Of a stretch of DNA of 64,000 nucleotides, positions 1 through 8,638 are shown in pieces. The stretch is taken from the NCBI GenBank assembly GCA_023245155.1, contig JAHFKV010000001.1, forward strand, positions 203,034 through 267,033. The letters run 5' to 3'. Both the position numbers and the translations under genes were made by a program. The first letter of the stretch is position 1; each line of letters opens with the position of its first letter. This stretch comes from Candidatus Staskawiczbacteria bacterium. GTDB taxonomy: Bacteria; Patescibacteriota; Minisyncoccia; Minisyncoccales; Staskawiczbacteraceae. The notes beneath the pieces are model-generated. The model worked only from the letters and a program-made list of their open reading frames with translations. It was not told the origin of the DNA and searched no databases.

Positions 1-2439
1 ATGCTATTGAGGCAGATTGATTTGTATTTAGAAAAGAGAGCCAAATTCAAGATTTTTTGGGAAAAGTTTGGAAATAAAGATAATAAAATAGAATTAATTA
101 AGGCTTTAACCGGAAAAGAGCTAACCCCAAAGCAAGCCAAAGGAATCAGTGTTTCCCAGATTCCCACAGGCGTGATTTTTGAAGGCGATAAAGACACCTT
201 GCTTTTGTTGCGCGTGAAAGGAGTGTTGGACATAGGAGAAACACCAAGCCCGAATTTTGCCAGCAGGAGCAAGAGTAAATCTCCAGAAAATAATGATATT
301 GATTATGTTGCCCTGGAATCTTACGCAAGCGTGCTCAAACGCGAAAGAACGAAAAGAGAAAAAGAAAATAAAAAGCCATTAAGCAAGGAACAGATTAAGC
401 AACTGGAAAAAGATGTGAAAAACATACGGTTGCACGAACTCCAGCATGTCAATTACTATAGGAAGGATGCAGACAATAGGGATAGGTTGGAGAAAAAAGC
501 TGATCAGCAGTTGGTTGAGTATAAACAAGCTAAGGCAGCAGAAAGAGAGGCTAGGGCGCAAGATTATGTAAAGAGTTTGCAGCGCCAGGGGTTGAATAAG
601 GTTAAAAATGAAATCTTAGCTTGTTTTTATGACCAAGGAATAGTAAAACTTCAGCAAAAATTAGAACAGTACTTTTTAAAGGGGGCAGAAAGCAGGTACG
701 ATTATTTTGAAGATCCCCGCCAGAAAGTAGTCTATCAAAAAATTGAGAAAGACCATCCTTCCATGGTTAAAAAGGTCATGATTGAAGATTATGCAACCAT
801 TATCCAGGCTTCAACAAAGGCGCTGACTGAATTATTTGGCAACAACAAAGACGAAGCTTTTATTGAGCGCGCCATTGCTTTTTTGACTAAAAAAGATTTT
901 GAATTTTGGCCAAGGAACATTAGTTCGTTCATTGGGGAAGAAGCCAAGAAAGCTGGGGAACCAGCTAAGCAGGCCGAAAAACCTGAAAAGCCCGCTTCCT
1001 TGGAAGATGCAAACGATTTTGATGAACTGAAAACAACGCTGCGCGGTAAGAAAAATCAACTTGAATACGTTAATAAGACGGAAGCCTCTGTTAATGGAAT
1101 GAAGCAGAAAAAAGGTATTGCCTTGCTAGAGGCTATGCCGGCTATATATACCACCATAACAGGGTCAGAAAAAGGCGGGCCTGCGCTAAAGAAAGCCCTA
1201 CTTAAGTTATTCAAAGAAGAATTACTGAACTTAAAACCAGAAATCCAAGAAACAAAGGTAAGGCTGTTGCAAGAACTGGAACAAGACCAAGCCGAGGAAG
1301 AAGACCTTAAAGCAGAGTTTGAATTGGAATCGCGTTTTTCATTGCGCAGTTTTATAACCCTAAACTTTGCAGAAGAAAAAGTTGAGCAAAAAATGAAGGT
1401 GGTGGCTCAAAGATGCCAGGAGAACATAAAGCTTTTAGAAGGTATAAAAGAAGTTGAAGGATGGGCCTTTGGTATTTCGCCGCAAGAAGTAGGCAAGAAA
1501 AGGCAAGAAAACGAAAAATCAATATTAGAGCGTAAGTTGCGCGTTGCTAAAAAAGATTTGGAGAATTATAAAAGCCCTTTGAGATGGCTAGATCCTTTTG
1601 AAGAGTTTAAGGGTGTCAAAGAAGACCGGGTGAAAAGGCTTGAGGAAGCTATTAGTAATATAGCAGTAAAAGAATTAACAGATGTCATACAACAAAAGAA
1701 GGCCCAGCTAGAAAAGGCAACAACCGATACCGAGAAGTTTGATTTGCAAACTGACATTGATGTAATGGAGGGCAAATTACTTGCAGCGAAAGGCAAAGAG
1801 GGGGAGGTGAAGCCAGAAGTGGTAAAGTCTGAAGGGATGAAAAAGTTTGAGAAAGGGAGGGAGATTCTAGAGAGCGAGATTGGAAGGGTAAATAAACTTT
1901 CTGATTTTGCTGATATTGTAAAAAAATATCCCGTTTTGGCAGAGGCGGAAGAGTTTGGCGAATTGTTTGATATTATGAGTGGTTTGGATAAAATGAGCGT
2001 TAAGAATATTGCCGACATAAGTAGGGAGGACTTGCAAAAGGGTAAAGATTGGGCGACCGCAGTGTTGCAAGACAAAGAATTTGAAAAGATAAAAGGCTTA
2101 AAGGAAAAGTGCGAAAAATTAGCTTACGCCAAAATAGATGAGTTGCTTGCGGCGAAAGGCAAAGAGGAGGAGGTGAAGCCAGAAGTGGTAAAGTCTGAAG
2201 GGGTGAAGCAATTGGAAATCTTGTTCAGGCTTCCTGTTACAACGGCAAGCACTGTTTTGACGGCGCTGGAATCTGACGCTAAAGCATATTTGGATACGCC
2301 AGAGCACGAGCAAGAGTTCAGAAAATTATTTACTGAAGCATCTGATAATAATTGGTATCCAGAAAGTTGGTCTAGCTTAGATCCACTTGATCAATCGGTC
2401 GCCGAAGATGTGATCGCTAAAATATTGGCTAAAAAATAA
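1..2439 (+). CDS. Large Lys/Glu-rich, probably coiled-coil protein of unknown function; likely 5'-truncated by the window edge; contains an HExxH motif
   Basis: Uninterrupted 812-codon ORF from base 1 to TAA 2437-2439. K/E-rich low-complexity composition. HELQH at nt 433-447. Internal near-identical 64-nt repeat. No family recognised. Confidence 0.6.
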   Translation: MLLRQIDLYLEKRAKFKIFWEKFGNKDNKIELIKALTGKELTPKQAKGISVSQIPTGVIFEGDKDTLLLLRVKGVLDIGETPSPNFASRSKSKSPENNDIDYVALESYASVLKRERTKREKENKKPLSKEQIKQLEKDVKNIRLHELQHVNYYRKDADNRDRLEKKADQQLVEYKQAKAAEREARAQDYVKSLQRQGLNKVKNEILACFYDQGIVKLQQKLEQYFLKGAESRYDYFEDPRQKVVYQKIEKDHPSMVKKVMIEDYATIIQASTKALTELFGNNKDEAFIERAIAFLTKKDFEFWPRNISSFIGEEAKKAGEPAKQAEKPEKPASLEDANDFDELKTTLRGKKNQLEYVNKTEASVNGMKQKKGIALLEAMPAIYTTITGSEKGGPALKKALLKLFKEELLNLKPEIQETKVRLLQELEQDQAEEEDLKAEFELESRFSLRSFITLNFAEEKVEQKMKVVAQRCQENIKLLEGIKEVEGWAFGISPQEVGKKRQENEKSILERKLRVAKKDLENYKSPLRWLDPFEEFKGVKEDRVKRLEEAISNIAVKELTDVIQQKKAQLEKATTDTEKFDLQTDIDVMEGKLLAAKGKEGEVKPEVVKSEGMKKFEKGREILESEIGRVNKLSDFADIVKKYPVLAEAEEFGELFDIMSGLDKMSVKNIADISREDLQKGKDWATAVLQDKEFEKIKGLKEKCEKLAYAKIDELLAAKGKEEEVKPEVVKSEGVKQLEILFRLPVTTASTVLTALESDAKAYLDTPEHEQEFRKLFTEASDNNWYPESWSSLDPLDQSVAEDVIAKILAKK
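1777..1840 (+). repeat. Copy 1 of an intragenic direct repeat encoding LLAAKGKEGEVKPEVVKSEGM
   Basis: Near-identical, with a few mismatches, to 2143-2206 within the same ORF. Confidence 0.8.
2143..2206 (+). repeat. Copy 2 of an intragenic direct repeat encoding LLAAKGKEEEVKPEVVKSEGV
   Basis: Near-identical to 1777-1840, 366 nt (122 codons) downstream and in frame. Confidence 0.8.
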
Positions 2440-4344
2440 CTACTTTTTTATTTTTTTTAATAAATCCCGTAACTCCGCCGCGCGTTCAAAATCCATATTT
2501 TTGGCGGCAATTTTCATTTCTTTTTCTAGTAACTTTTTATCCTGGACTAAATCAAACTCCATAGAAACATCCTCTGGTTTGGAAAACCCCCAGTCGCGGA
2601 TGTCTTTAATAATCGCCCGTGGTTTTAAGCCGTGTTTTTTATTATATGCTTCTTGAATTTTTCTTCTGCGATTAATTTCACCAATGGCCAAATTCATAGA
2701 CACGGTTGTTTTATCGGCATACAAAATAATCCGGCCTTGAATATGTCGAGCCGCGCGCCCCATGGTTTGAATTAATGTCGTATAATTTCGCAAAAAGCCT
2801 TCTTTGTCGGCGTCCAAAATGGCCACCAGTGAAACTTCGGGCAGGTCCAAACCTTCTCTAAGTAAATTAATTCCCACCAACACATCAAACTTTCCGCGCC
2901 GAAAATCATTGAGCACTTTTGGCCGTTCCATGGTTTTTACTTCTGAATGTAAATACTGGGTTTTGATGCCATGGTCAACTAAATAATCGGCAATTTCTTC
3001 CGCCAATCTTTTGGTCAGTGTTACCACTAAAACCCGATGACCTTTTTCGGTCTCTTTTTTAATTTCCTCCATCACATCCTTAATTTGGTTTTGCGTTTTT
3101 TTTATTTCAATGGAGGGCTCAAGTAAGCCTGTTGGTCGAATAATTTGTTCTATTATATTTTTGCCCGATGTTTCTTGTTCGTATCTGGCCGGCGTGGCGG
3201 AAACATACACCGTTGGTGCTTGCCTCTCAACAAATTCTGGCCAACGCAATGGCCGGTTATCAATGGCGCTGGGCAGCCTCCAGCCGTAGTTTATCAGCGT
3301 CTCTTTTCTGGCTTTATCTCCCACTGACATGGCGTGAATTTGGGGCAGGGCAATGTGGCTTTCGTCAATGAACATTAAAAAACCATTTTTATTGAAATGC
3401 CCAAAGTAATCCACTAAAGAAAATGGTGGACTACCCGGTTTTCTAAATTCCAATTGGCTGGAGTAGTTTTCAATTCCTTGGCAAAAGCCGGTTTCTTGCA
3501 GCATTTCTAAATCGTAATTGGTTTTTTCTTCCAGGCGCTGGACTTCCACCAATTTATTTTGCTTTTTTAGTATCTTTAATCTTTCTTCCAATTCCAGCCG
3601 AATGTTGGCAATGGCAATATTAATTTTGTTTTGCGGAGCCACCCAAAAAGTGGCAGGAAAAATGGTAAAAGGCGACTCGGACAATTTTGAAATATTGTTG
3701 CCGTCAAATTCCACGCGCAAGACTTTTTCTCCCGTGACCAAATTAATTTCAATCACATCTCCGCGCACGCGAAAGGTGCCGGGCTTAAACTCAATATCAT
3801 TTCGTTTATACTGCATGGAAATTAAGTGGGAAATAAAATCTTTGCGGGAAATTTTTTGTCCGGTTTGGATTTGAAAAGACACGCTTTGGTAATTTTCCGG
3901 CGAACCAATGTTGTAAATGCAACTGACCGAAGCTATCACAATAACATCTTTACGGGAGAGCACATCTTGCGCGGCGGCGTGGCGCAATCGGTCAATTTCT
4001 TCGTTGATTTTGGCGTCTTTTTCTATATACGTATTGGTTTGGGGAATGTAGGCTTCGGGCTGATAATAATCATAGTACGACACAAAGTAATGCACGCCGT
4101 TTCTTGGGAAAAATTCTTTAAATTCTTGGTATAATTGTGCAGCCAGGGTTTTGTTGGGGGAAATGATCAGTGTTGGTTTTTGAATATTTTGAATCACATT
4201 GGCCATGGTAAACGTTTTGCCACTGCCCGTCACGCCCAAAAGCACCTGGTGTTGTTCGCCCCTTTTGAGATTTTCGGTCAGCTGTTTAATGGCAGCTGGC
4301 TGGTCGCCGGTGGGTTTAAATTTTGAAATTAGTTCAAATTTCAT
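2440..4344 (-). CDS. uvrB: Excinuclease ABC subunit B
   Basis: 634 aa. Walker A GVTGSGKTFTMANVI, helicase motifs, and a C-terminal UVR motif (FERAAELRDLL). Confidence 0.95.
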   Translation of the reverse strand: MKFELISKFKPTGDQPAAIKQLTENLKRGEQHQVLLGVTGSGKTFTMANVIQNIQKPTLIISPNKTLAAQLYQEFKEFFPRNGVHYFVSYYDYYQPEAYIPQTNTYIEKDAKINEEIDRLRHAAAQDVLSRKDVIVIASVSCIYNIGSPENYQSVSFQIQTGQKISRKDFISHLISMQYKRNDIEFKPGTFRVRGDVIEINLVTGEKVLRVEFDGNNISKLSESPFTIFPATFWVAPQNKINIAIANIRLELEERLKILKKQNKLVEVQRLEEKTNYDLEMLQETGFCQGIENYSSQLEFRKPGSPPFSLVDYFGHFNKNGFLMFIDESHIALPQIHAMSVGDKARKETLINYGWRLPSAIDNRPLRWPEFVERQAPTVYVSATPARYEQETSGKNIIEQIIRPTGLLEPSIEIKKTQNQIKDVMEEIKKETEKGHRVLVVTLTKRLAEEIADYLVDHGIKTQYLHSEVKTMERPKVLNDFRRGKFDVLVGINLLREGLDLPEVSLVAILDADKEGFLRNYTTLIQTMGRAARHIQGRIILYADKTTVSMNLAIGEINRRRKIQEAYNKKHGLKPRAIIKDIRDWGFSKPEDVSMEFDLVQDKKLLEKEMKIAAKNMDFERAAELRDLLKKIKK

Positions 4345-4358
4345 GCTAGTATAAGTTT

Positions 4359-4922
4359 ATGATAAGTTATTTAAGCGGAAAAATTATTTTAAAGAAAGAC
4401 AAGTTTATTATAATTGAAGTCAACAATATTGGCTACAAGGTTTTTTTGTCGCGCCAGAGTGCATTAAAACTACCAGAAAACGTTGAGAATATCAAAGTTT
4501 TTTGTTTTCATAATGTCAAAGAGGATGCTTCAGATTTGTACGGTTTTTTAAGTTATGACGGGTTGGAATTTTTTGAAACACTGCTGGATATTCATGGGGT
4601 GGGGCCCAAAGCGGCGTTGGAAATTTCTGCGCTGGGGCCTTTGGAAAAAGTGAAAGACAAAATTTTAGCGGGGGATGTTAAGATGTTTTCTGAAATTCCA
4701 GGGATTGGTGCCAAAAAAGCTATGACCATTATTTTGGAACTAACCGGAAAAATCAAACTGCTGGATGGCGCAAAAGCCAAAGGAGGCAGTGATGCCGAAG
4801 ATGCGCTGGTACAACTTGGTTTTTCTCATCAACAAGCCAAGGAAGCGCTCAAAAGTGTTGACTCAAAAATAAAAAACACGGAAGAAAAAATTAAACTGGC
4901 ACTCAAAAGTTTGGGGAAATAA
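4359..4922 (+). CDS. ruvA: Holliday junction DNA helicase subunit RuvA
   Basis: 187 aa. MISYLSGKI N-terminus and two HhH motifs (HGVGPKAALEI, IPGIGAKKA). Confidence 0.9.
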   Translation: MISYLSGKIILKKDKFIIIEVNNIGYKVFLSRQSALKLPENVENIKVFCFHNVKEDASDLYGFLSYDGLEFFETLLDIHGVGPKAALEISALGPLEKVKDKILAGDVKMFSEIPGIGAKKAMTIILELTGKIKLLDGAKAKGGSDAEDALVQLGFSHQQAKEALKSVDSKIKNTEEKIKLALKSLGK

Positions 4923-4926
4923 ATTT

Positions 4927-4955
4927 TTGACATTTCCGGATCTTGGGTGCATACT
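4927..4955 (+). promoter_or_regulatory. Sigma70-like promoter of GC-rich cassette 1
   Basis: TTGACA (4927-4932), 17-nt spacer, CATACT (4950-4955). It lies 45 nt upstream of the GTG start, with SD AAGGAGG at 4986-4992. Confidence 0.45.
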
Positions 4956-4999
4956 AGCTATAGTTCGCTCATTCTTGCCCTAACCAAGGAGGTTTTGCT

Positions 5000-5452
5000 G
5001 TGAAGCACCCACCAGTTCATTTCCAGATTTTGGCAGTGTGTTCCAGTGTTCTCTCAAAGAAAAAGAGGGGGGAGCGTGGTAGGGCGATAAGCCATGTGTC
5101 AAGTTACTCAACCACAGTGACCCTGAAGGTTCGTGGAGAAAGGAAGCCGAGGACAATAGAGCTGCTGGCCTCTGATTCCACCGCTGTGTCTGAAAACAGC
5201 TTTGGGCAATCCCTGTTTAAGGCTATCAAGCAGGGATTGGTCGGTGATTTTCCGTGGCTTCAGGATTGCCGCCTGAATAAGATCGAGTATGGGGATGGCC
5301 AGGGATACTATTTTACCTGGGCGTTCGTGCAGGCTGACGCCGGAGTTCAGAAATTTGAGGGCATGGGAGATGACTCGAATTCTGCCACCATTGGTGCGCT
5401 CCAGGCTGCCTTCAACCATTTTTTTGGTCAGCACGTTGCCGAAAACAAGTAG
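5000..5452 (+). CDS. Hypothetical protein, 150 aa, GC-rich cassette 1
   Basis: GTG start 7 nt after AAGGAGG. Hand-counted GC is 232/453 = 51%. The unit has its own promoter and terminator. No family confidently recognised. Confidence 0.65.
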   Translation: MKHPPVHFQILAVCSSVLSKKKRGERGRAISHVSSYSTTVTLKVRGERKPRTIELLASDSTAVSENSFGQSLFKAIKQGLVGDFPWLQDCRLNKIEYGDGQGYYFTWAFVQADAGVQKFEGMGDDSNSATIGALQAAFNHFFGQHVAENK

Positions 5453-5464
5453 GTTCAGTGTTGG

Positions 5465-5495
5465 AGCCGGCTCGCATGCGAGCCGGCTGTTTTTT
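5465..5495 (+). terminator. Intrinsic terminator of cassette 1
   Basis: Perfect 10-bp stem AGCCGGCTCG/CGAGCCGGCT with loop CATG, followed by GTTTTTT. Confidence 0.8.
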
Positions 5496-5522
5496 GTGGA
5501 AATTCTGTGTTAAATTGAGAAT

Positions 5523-6728
5523 ATGAATTTTAAGAAATTATTAAAAAAAATCACGCCAGCGTTTTTACTAAATTGGTACCATTACAGCCTGGCATTTTTG
5601 GGAGCACTGATGTACCGATTTCCCAGTAATAATTTGACCGTGATTGGAGTGACGGGAACCTCCGGTAAGTCAACTACCGTAGATTTTATCACGAGAATCT
5701 TAGAAGAGGCGGGGCATAAGGTGGCTTCAACTTCTTCCATCCGCTTTAAGGTAGCTGACAAAGAATGGAAAAATAAAATGAAAATGACTATGCCCGGGCG
5801 TCTTGTTATCCAAAAACTACTTCGTCAGGCCGTAGACGCAGGTTGTAAATATGCCGTGCTGGAAGTTACTTCCGAAGGTATTAAACAGTCTCGCCATAAG
5901 TTTATCAATTTTGACACAGCAGTTTTTTTGAATTTGACGCCAGAGCATTTAGATTCCCATGGCGGATTTGAAAACTATCGGAATGCTAAAATGGAGTTAT
6001 TTAAGGCTACTAAAAATATCCATGTTATCAATGCCGAAGACGAAAATATGGAATATTTTTTGCAAATCCCCGCTCGTAAGAAAATCACTTTTGGCTTGGA
6101 AAAGGGTGATGTAAATTTGGCAACCAATCCAATCACCCTGCAATTGTTGGGAGATTTTAATAATTACAACGCCCTGGCTGCCATTGCTGTAGGCATGCAC
6201 TACGGCGTCTCAAGAGAGGTTTGTGCCAGGGCAGTTGAAAAAGTAAAAGGTGTGCCGGGCAGATTAGAAGTAGTTTCTCAGAACCCTGTGGTAGTGGTAG
6301 ATTATGCGTTTACGCCAGAACAGCTTGAAGCTTCGCATGGAGCAGTAAAAAAATACTCTGGCGGTAAAAGTTTAGTTTGTGTGTTGGGTTCATGTGGCGG
6401 AGGACGAGATAAGTGGAAAAGACCGGTGCTTGGGAAAATTGCTGCCCAAAATTGCCGAGAAATTATTATCACCAATGAAGACCCGTATGACGAAGACCCT
6501 CTGGAAATTATGGAGCAGGTGGCCAAGGGTATCGGAGAAAAGCCGTACCATATTGTATTAGATAGAAAAGAGGCTATTGAAAAAGCTTTAGAATTAGCAA
6601 CTCCCGCGGACGCCATAATCATCACCGGCAAGGGAGCGGAACCTTTGATGTGCCTAGCTGATGGTAAGAAAATTCCCTGGGATGATCGGGAAATTGTGAG
6701 GGAAGCCTTGCAAAGTAGAGAAAAATAG
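5523..6728 (+). CDS. Mur ligase family protein, MurE-like, lacking the usual N-terminal UDP-binding domain
   Basis: 401 aa. ATP-binding GVTGTSGKSTT, LTPEHLDSHGGFENYRNAK, and C-terminal ITGKGAE...WDDRE typical of the MurE C-terminal domain. Hydrophobic N-terminus. Confidence 0.8.
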   Translation: MNFKKLLKKITPAFLLNWYHYSLAFLGALMYRFPSNNLTVIGVTGTSGKSTTVDFITRILEEAGHKVASTSSIRFKVADKEWKNKMKMTMPGRLVIQKLLRQAVDAGCKYAVLEVTSEGIKQSRHKFINFDTAVFLNLTPEHLDSHGGFENYRNAKMELFKATKNIHVINAEDENMEYFLQIPARKKITFGLEKGDVNLATNPITLQLLGDFNNYNALAAIAVGMHYGVSREVCARAVEKVKGVPGRLEVVSQNPVVVVDYAFTPEQLEASHGAVKKYSGGKSLVCVLGSCGGGRDKWKRPVLGKIAAQNCREIIITNEDPYDEDPLEIMEQVAKGIGEKPYHIVLDRKEAIEKALELATPADAIIITGKGAEPLMCLADGKKIPWDDREIVREALQSREK

Positions 6729-6742
6729 TATATACTTTCGCT

Positions 6743-7009
6743 ATGTCAAAAAACGATACCATTCGAAAATCAGATAAGAAATTTATCCGCCTGGAAAAAG
6801 CCCGTATCCGCCGGCAGTTTTTTGATTTGAAAAAGCGCCAAGAGATGATTAATGAACTCTATAAAAGATTTATCAAAACGGATGCACAGCCGGTAATTAC
6901 CAAGGCAGAACAACCTAAGAAGGTGGAAAAACCCATCGGCCGTAGCCTGAAGGCTAAGCCTACGGGCGAGGCAAAAGCAAAACCTAAAAAAGTAGTAGCT
7001 AAAAAATAA
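6743..7009 (+). CDS. Small basic hypothetical protein (88 aa)
   Basis: ORF with a Lys-rich tail (KAKPTGEAKAKPKKVVAKK). No family recognised. Confidence 0.45.
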   Translation: MSKNDTIRKSDKKFIRLEKARIRRQFFDLKKRQEMINELYKRFIKTDAQPVITKAEQPKKVEKPIGRSLKAKPTGEAKAKPKKVVAKK

Positions 7010-7111
7010 TCGCATGAAACGCAACACCACCAAGCATAATGCCAGAATCAACAAGCGCTGGCGAAAATCACGGAGTAAGAAATATAAAAGCATCCAGTCA
7101 TAAATTGATTG

Positions 7112-7139
7112 CTGCCCGTTTGAAAGCGGGCAGTTTTTT
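7112..7139 (+). terminator. Intrinsic terminator
   Basis: CTGCCCG / CGGGCAG stem with an 8-nt loop, followed by TTTTTT. Confidence 0.7.
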
Positions 7140-7153
7140 GTTATAATAAATCC

Positions 7154-7417
7154 ATGAAACCAAAAAAAGTTAGCAAACCAGCGGGAATCGTCACTCATTA
7201 TTTTGACAAAATAAAAGTGGGTGTAATTAAGTTGGCCGTGCCCCTGAAAGAAGGGGATGAAATCAGGATTATGGGAGGAGAGAATACAGATTTTAACCAA
7301 ACGGTAAAATCTATGCAAGTGGACCATGAGCTGGTCAAAAAGGCTGCTAAGGGTAAAAGCATTGGTCTGAAGGTGAAAGAAAGAGTACGTGACGGATATA
7401 AGGTGTATAAAGTCTGA
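7154..7417 (+). CDS. Small beta-barrel protein resembling EF-Tu domain 2 (translation-factor-like)
   Basis: 87 aa. GIVTHYFDKIKVGVIKL...GDEIRI.G...F.Q.V.SMQVDH..V..A..G..IGLKV pattern typical of stand-alone EF-Tu-D2-like proteins. Confidence 0.55.
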   Translation: MKPKKVSKPAGIVTHYFDKIKVGVIKLAVPLKEGDEIRIMGGENTDFNQTVKSMQVDHELVKKAAKGKSIGLKVKERVRDGYKVYKV

Positions 7418-7429
7418 AATTGTAAAGAG

Positions 7430-7458
7430 TTGACATACCAGAAGTCCCACACTAGAAT
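7430..7458 (+). promoter_or_regulatory. Sigma70-like promoter upstream of greA
   Basis: TTGACA (7430-7435), 17 nt, TAGAAT (7453-7458), 20 nt before the ATG at 7478. Confidence 0.5.
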
Positions 7459-7477
7459 GAGCTATTAATAAAAAACT

Positions 7478-7945
7478 ATGGAAGAAAAAATTTACCATAT
7501 TACCAAAGAAAAATTGGCTCAGGTAAAAAAAGAACACGAAGCTTTGGTAGCCGTCGAGCATAGTGGTGCTGTTGAGCATGAGGCGCCTAAAATGGTTGAG
7601 TCAGACGACTTGAACCCTGAATTTGTCAGTTTCCAGGACGAGGTTGGTTCTATGCGAGCTAGGATTGACGAATTGGAAGATATTTTAAAAAAACACCAAT
7701 TAATTAAAAAGCCGCCCAAGGAGAGGCAAGTGTTTGTGGATTTGGGAGCTAAAGTGAAGATAGAAGCCGATGGCAAGAAGAGTGAATTTATGATTGTGGG
7801 AACCCTGGAGGCCCATCCGGAGTTAGGGAAAATCAGTAACGAGTCACCCGTGGGAGCAGCCTTGTTGGGGCATAAAATTGGAGACGAGGTGGTGCATGAA
7901 AAAACCAAGTATAAAATAAAAAGCATTAAGTACGAGATTAACTAA
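7478..7945 (+). CDS. greA: Transcription elongation factor GreA-like
   Basis: 155 aa. N-terminal coiled-coil region plus the C-terminal Gre domain (VDLGAKVKIE....EFMIVG..EA.P..GKISNESPVGAALLGHKIGDEV). Confidence 0.8.
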   Translation: MEEKIYHITKEKLAQVKKEHEALVAVEHSGAVEHEAPKMVESDDLNPEFVSFQDEVGSMRARIDELEDILKKHQLIKKPPKERQVFVDLGAKVKIEADGKKSEFMIVGTLEAHPELGKISNESPVGAALLGHKIGDEVVHEKTKYKIKSIKYEIN

Positions 7946-7997
7946 ATGTACGTTTCAAGAGGTGTCCTGCTGGGCGCCTTTTGTGATACAATAAAAT

Positions 7998-8636
7998 ATG
8001 TTTACCCATATTAACCGGGTTGCTAAGGCATACATCTTTTGGGATTTGACGGTTAATTCCGCCTGGGGATTACTTTCCCCAGTTTTTGCCATATTTATTG
8101 TCCAAAACATCACCGTTGGAGGCATTGGCGATGCTGCCCGCGTGGCTGGTTTTGCCACGTTGTGTTACTGGATTACCAAAGCTGTTTTGCAGATGCCCAT
8201 TGCTGCTTATTTGGATAAAAATCATGGAGAGAAGGACGATTTTTGGTTCTTTGTCATGGGGACAACCATTGTGGGTTTGGTCCCCCTTGGATATTTATTT
8301 GCTCATCAACCTTGGCATGTGTATGTGCTGCAGATTGTTCAGGCGGCTGGATGGTCTATGATTATCCCTTCGGCAGCGGCAATCTTTATACGGCACATTG
8401 ATGAAGGGAGGGAATCATTCACTACTGGGTTAGACAACACTCTTTCAGGAGCTGGGATTGGCATTACCGGTGCTATTGGAGGTTTGATAGTCAGTTATGT
8501 CGGCTTTAAATTAATATTTATCATGGTAAGTATTTTTACTTTATTGGCAATTCCTATCATATTTTCTATAAAGAAAAATATGCGGCCGAAAATGTCTCAA
8601 AAGATTCACAAGTTTCCCCCGCAAAAAATATTCTAA
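7998..8636 (+). CDS. Half-size MFS-like integral membrane protein
   Basis: 212 aa with about 6 predicted hydrophobic helices and an MFS-like loop (YLDKNHGEKD). Confidence 0.5.
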   Translation: MFTHINRVAKAYIFWDLTVNSAWGLLSPVFAIFIVQNITVGGIGDAARVAGFATLCYWITKAVLQMPIAAYLDKNHGEKDDFWFFVMGTTIVGLVPLGYLFAHQPWHVYVLQIVQAAGWSMIIPSAAAIFIRHIDEGRESFTTGLDNTLSGAGIGITGAIGGLIVSYVGFKLIFIMVSIFTLLAIPIIFSIKKNMRPKMSQKIHKFPPQKIF

Positions 8637-8638
8637 GT

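Noticed and set aside
5108-5513. Alternative ORFs inside cassette 1 (5108-5434 minus, 5289-5513 plus). The same applies in cassette 4 (31730-31963 plus, 31768-31959 minus) and cassette 3 (30367-30549).
   Set aside because: Elevated GC produces long spurious frames. Only the chosen frames are preceded by an SD at correct spacing and end before the terminator hairpin.
6770-7579. A 269-aa minus-strand ORF spanning several plus-strand genes.
   Set aside because: It is antisense to three well-supported + strand genes and an intergenic terminator. Its composition is low-complexity and Phe/Leu-rich, typical of the reverse complement of K/E-rich genes. It has no motif.
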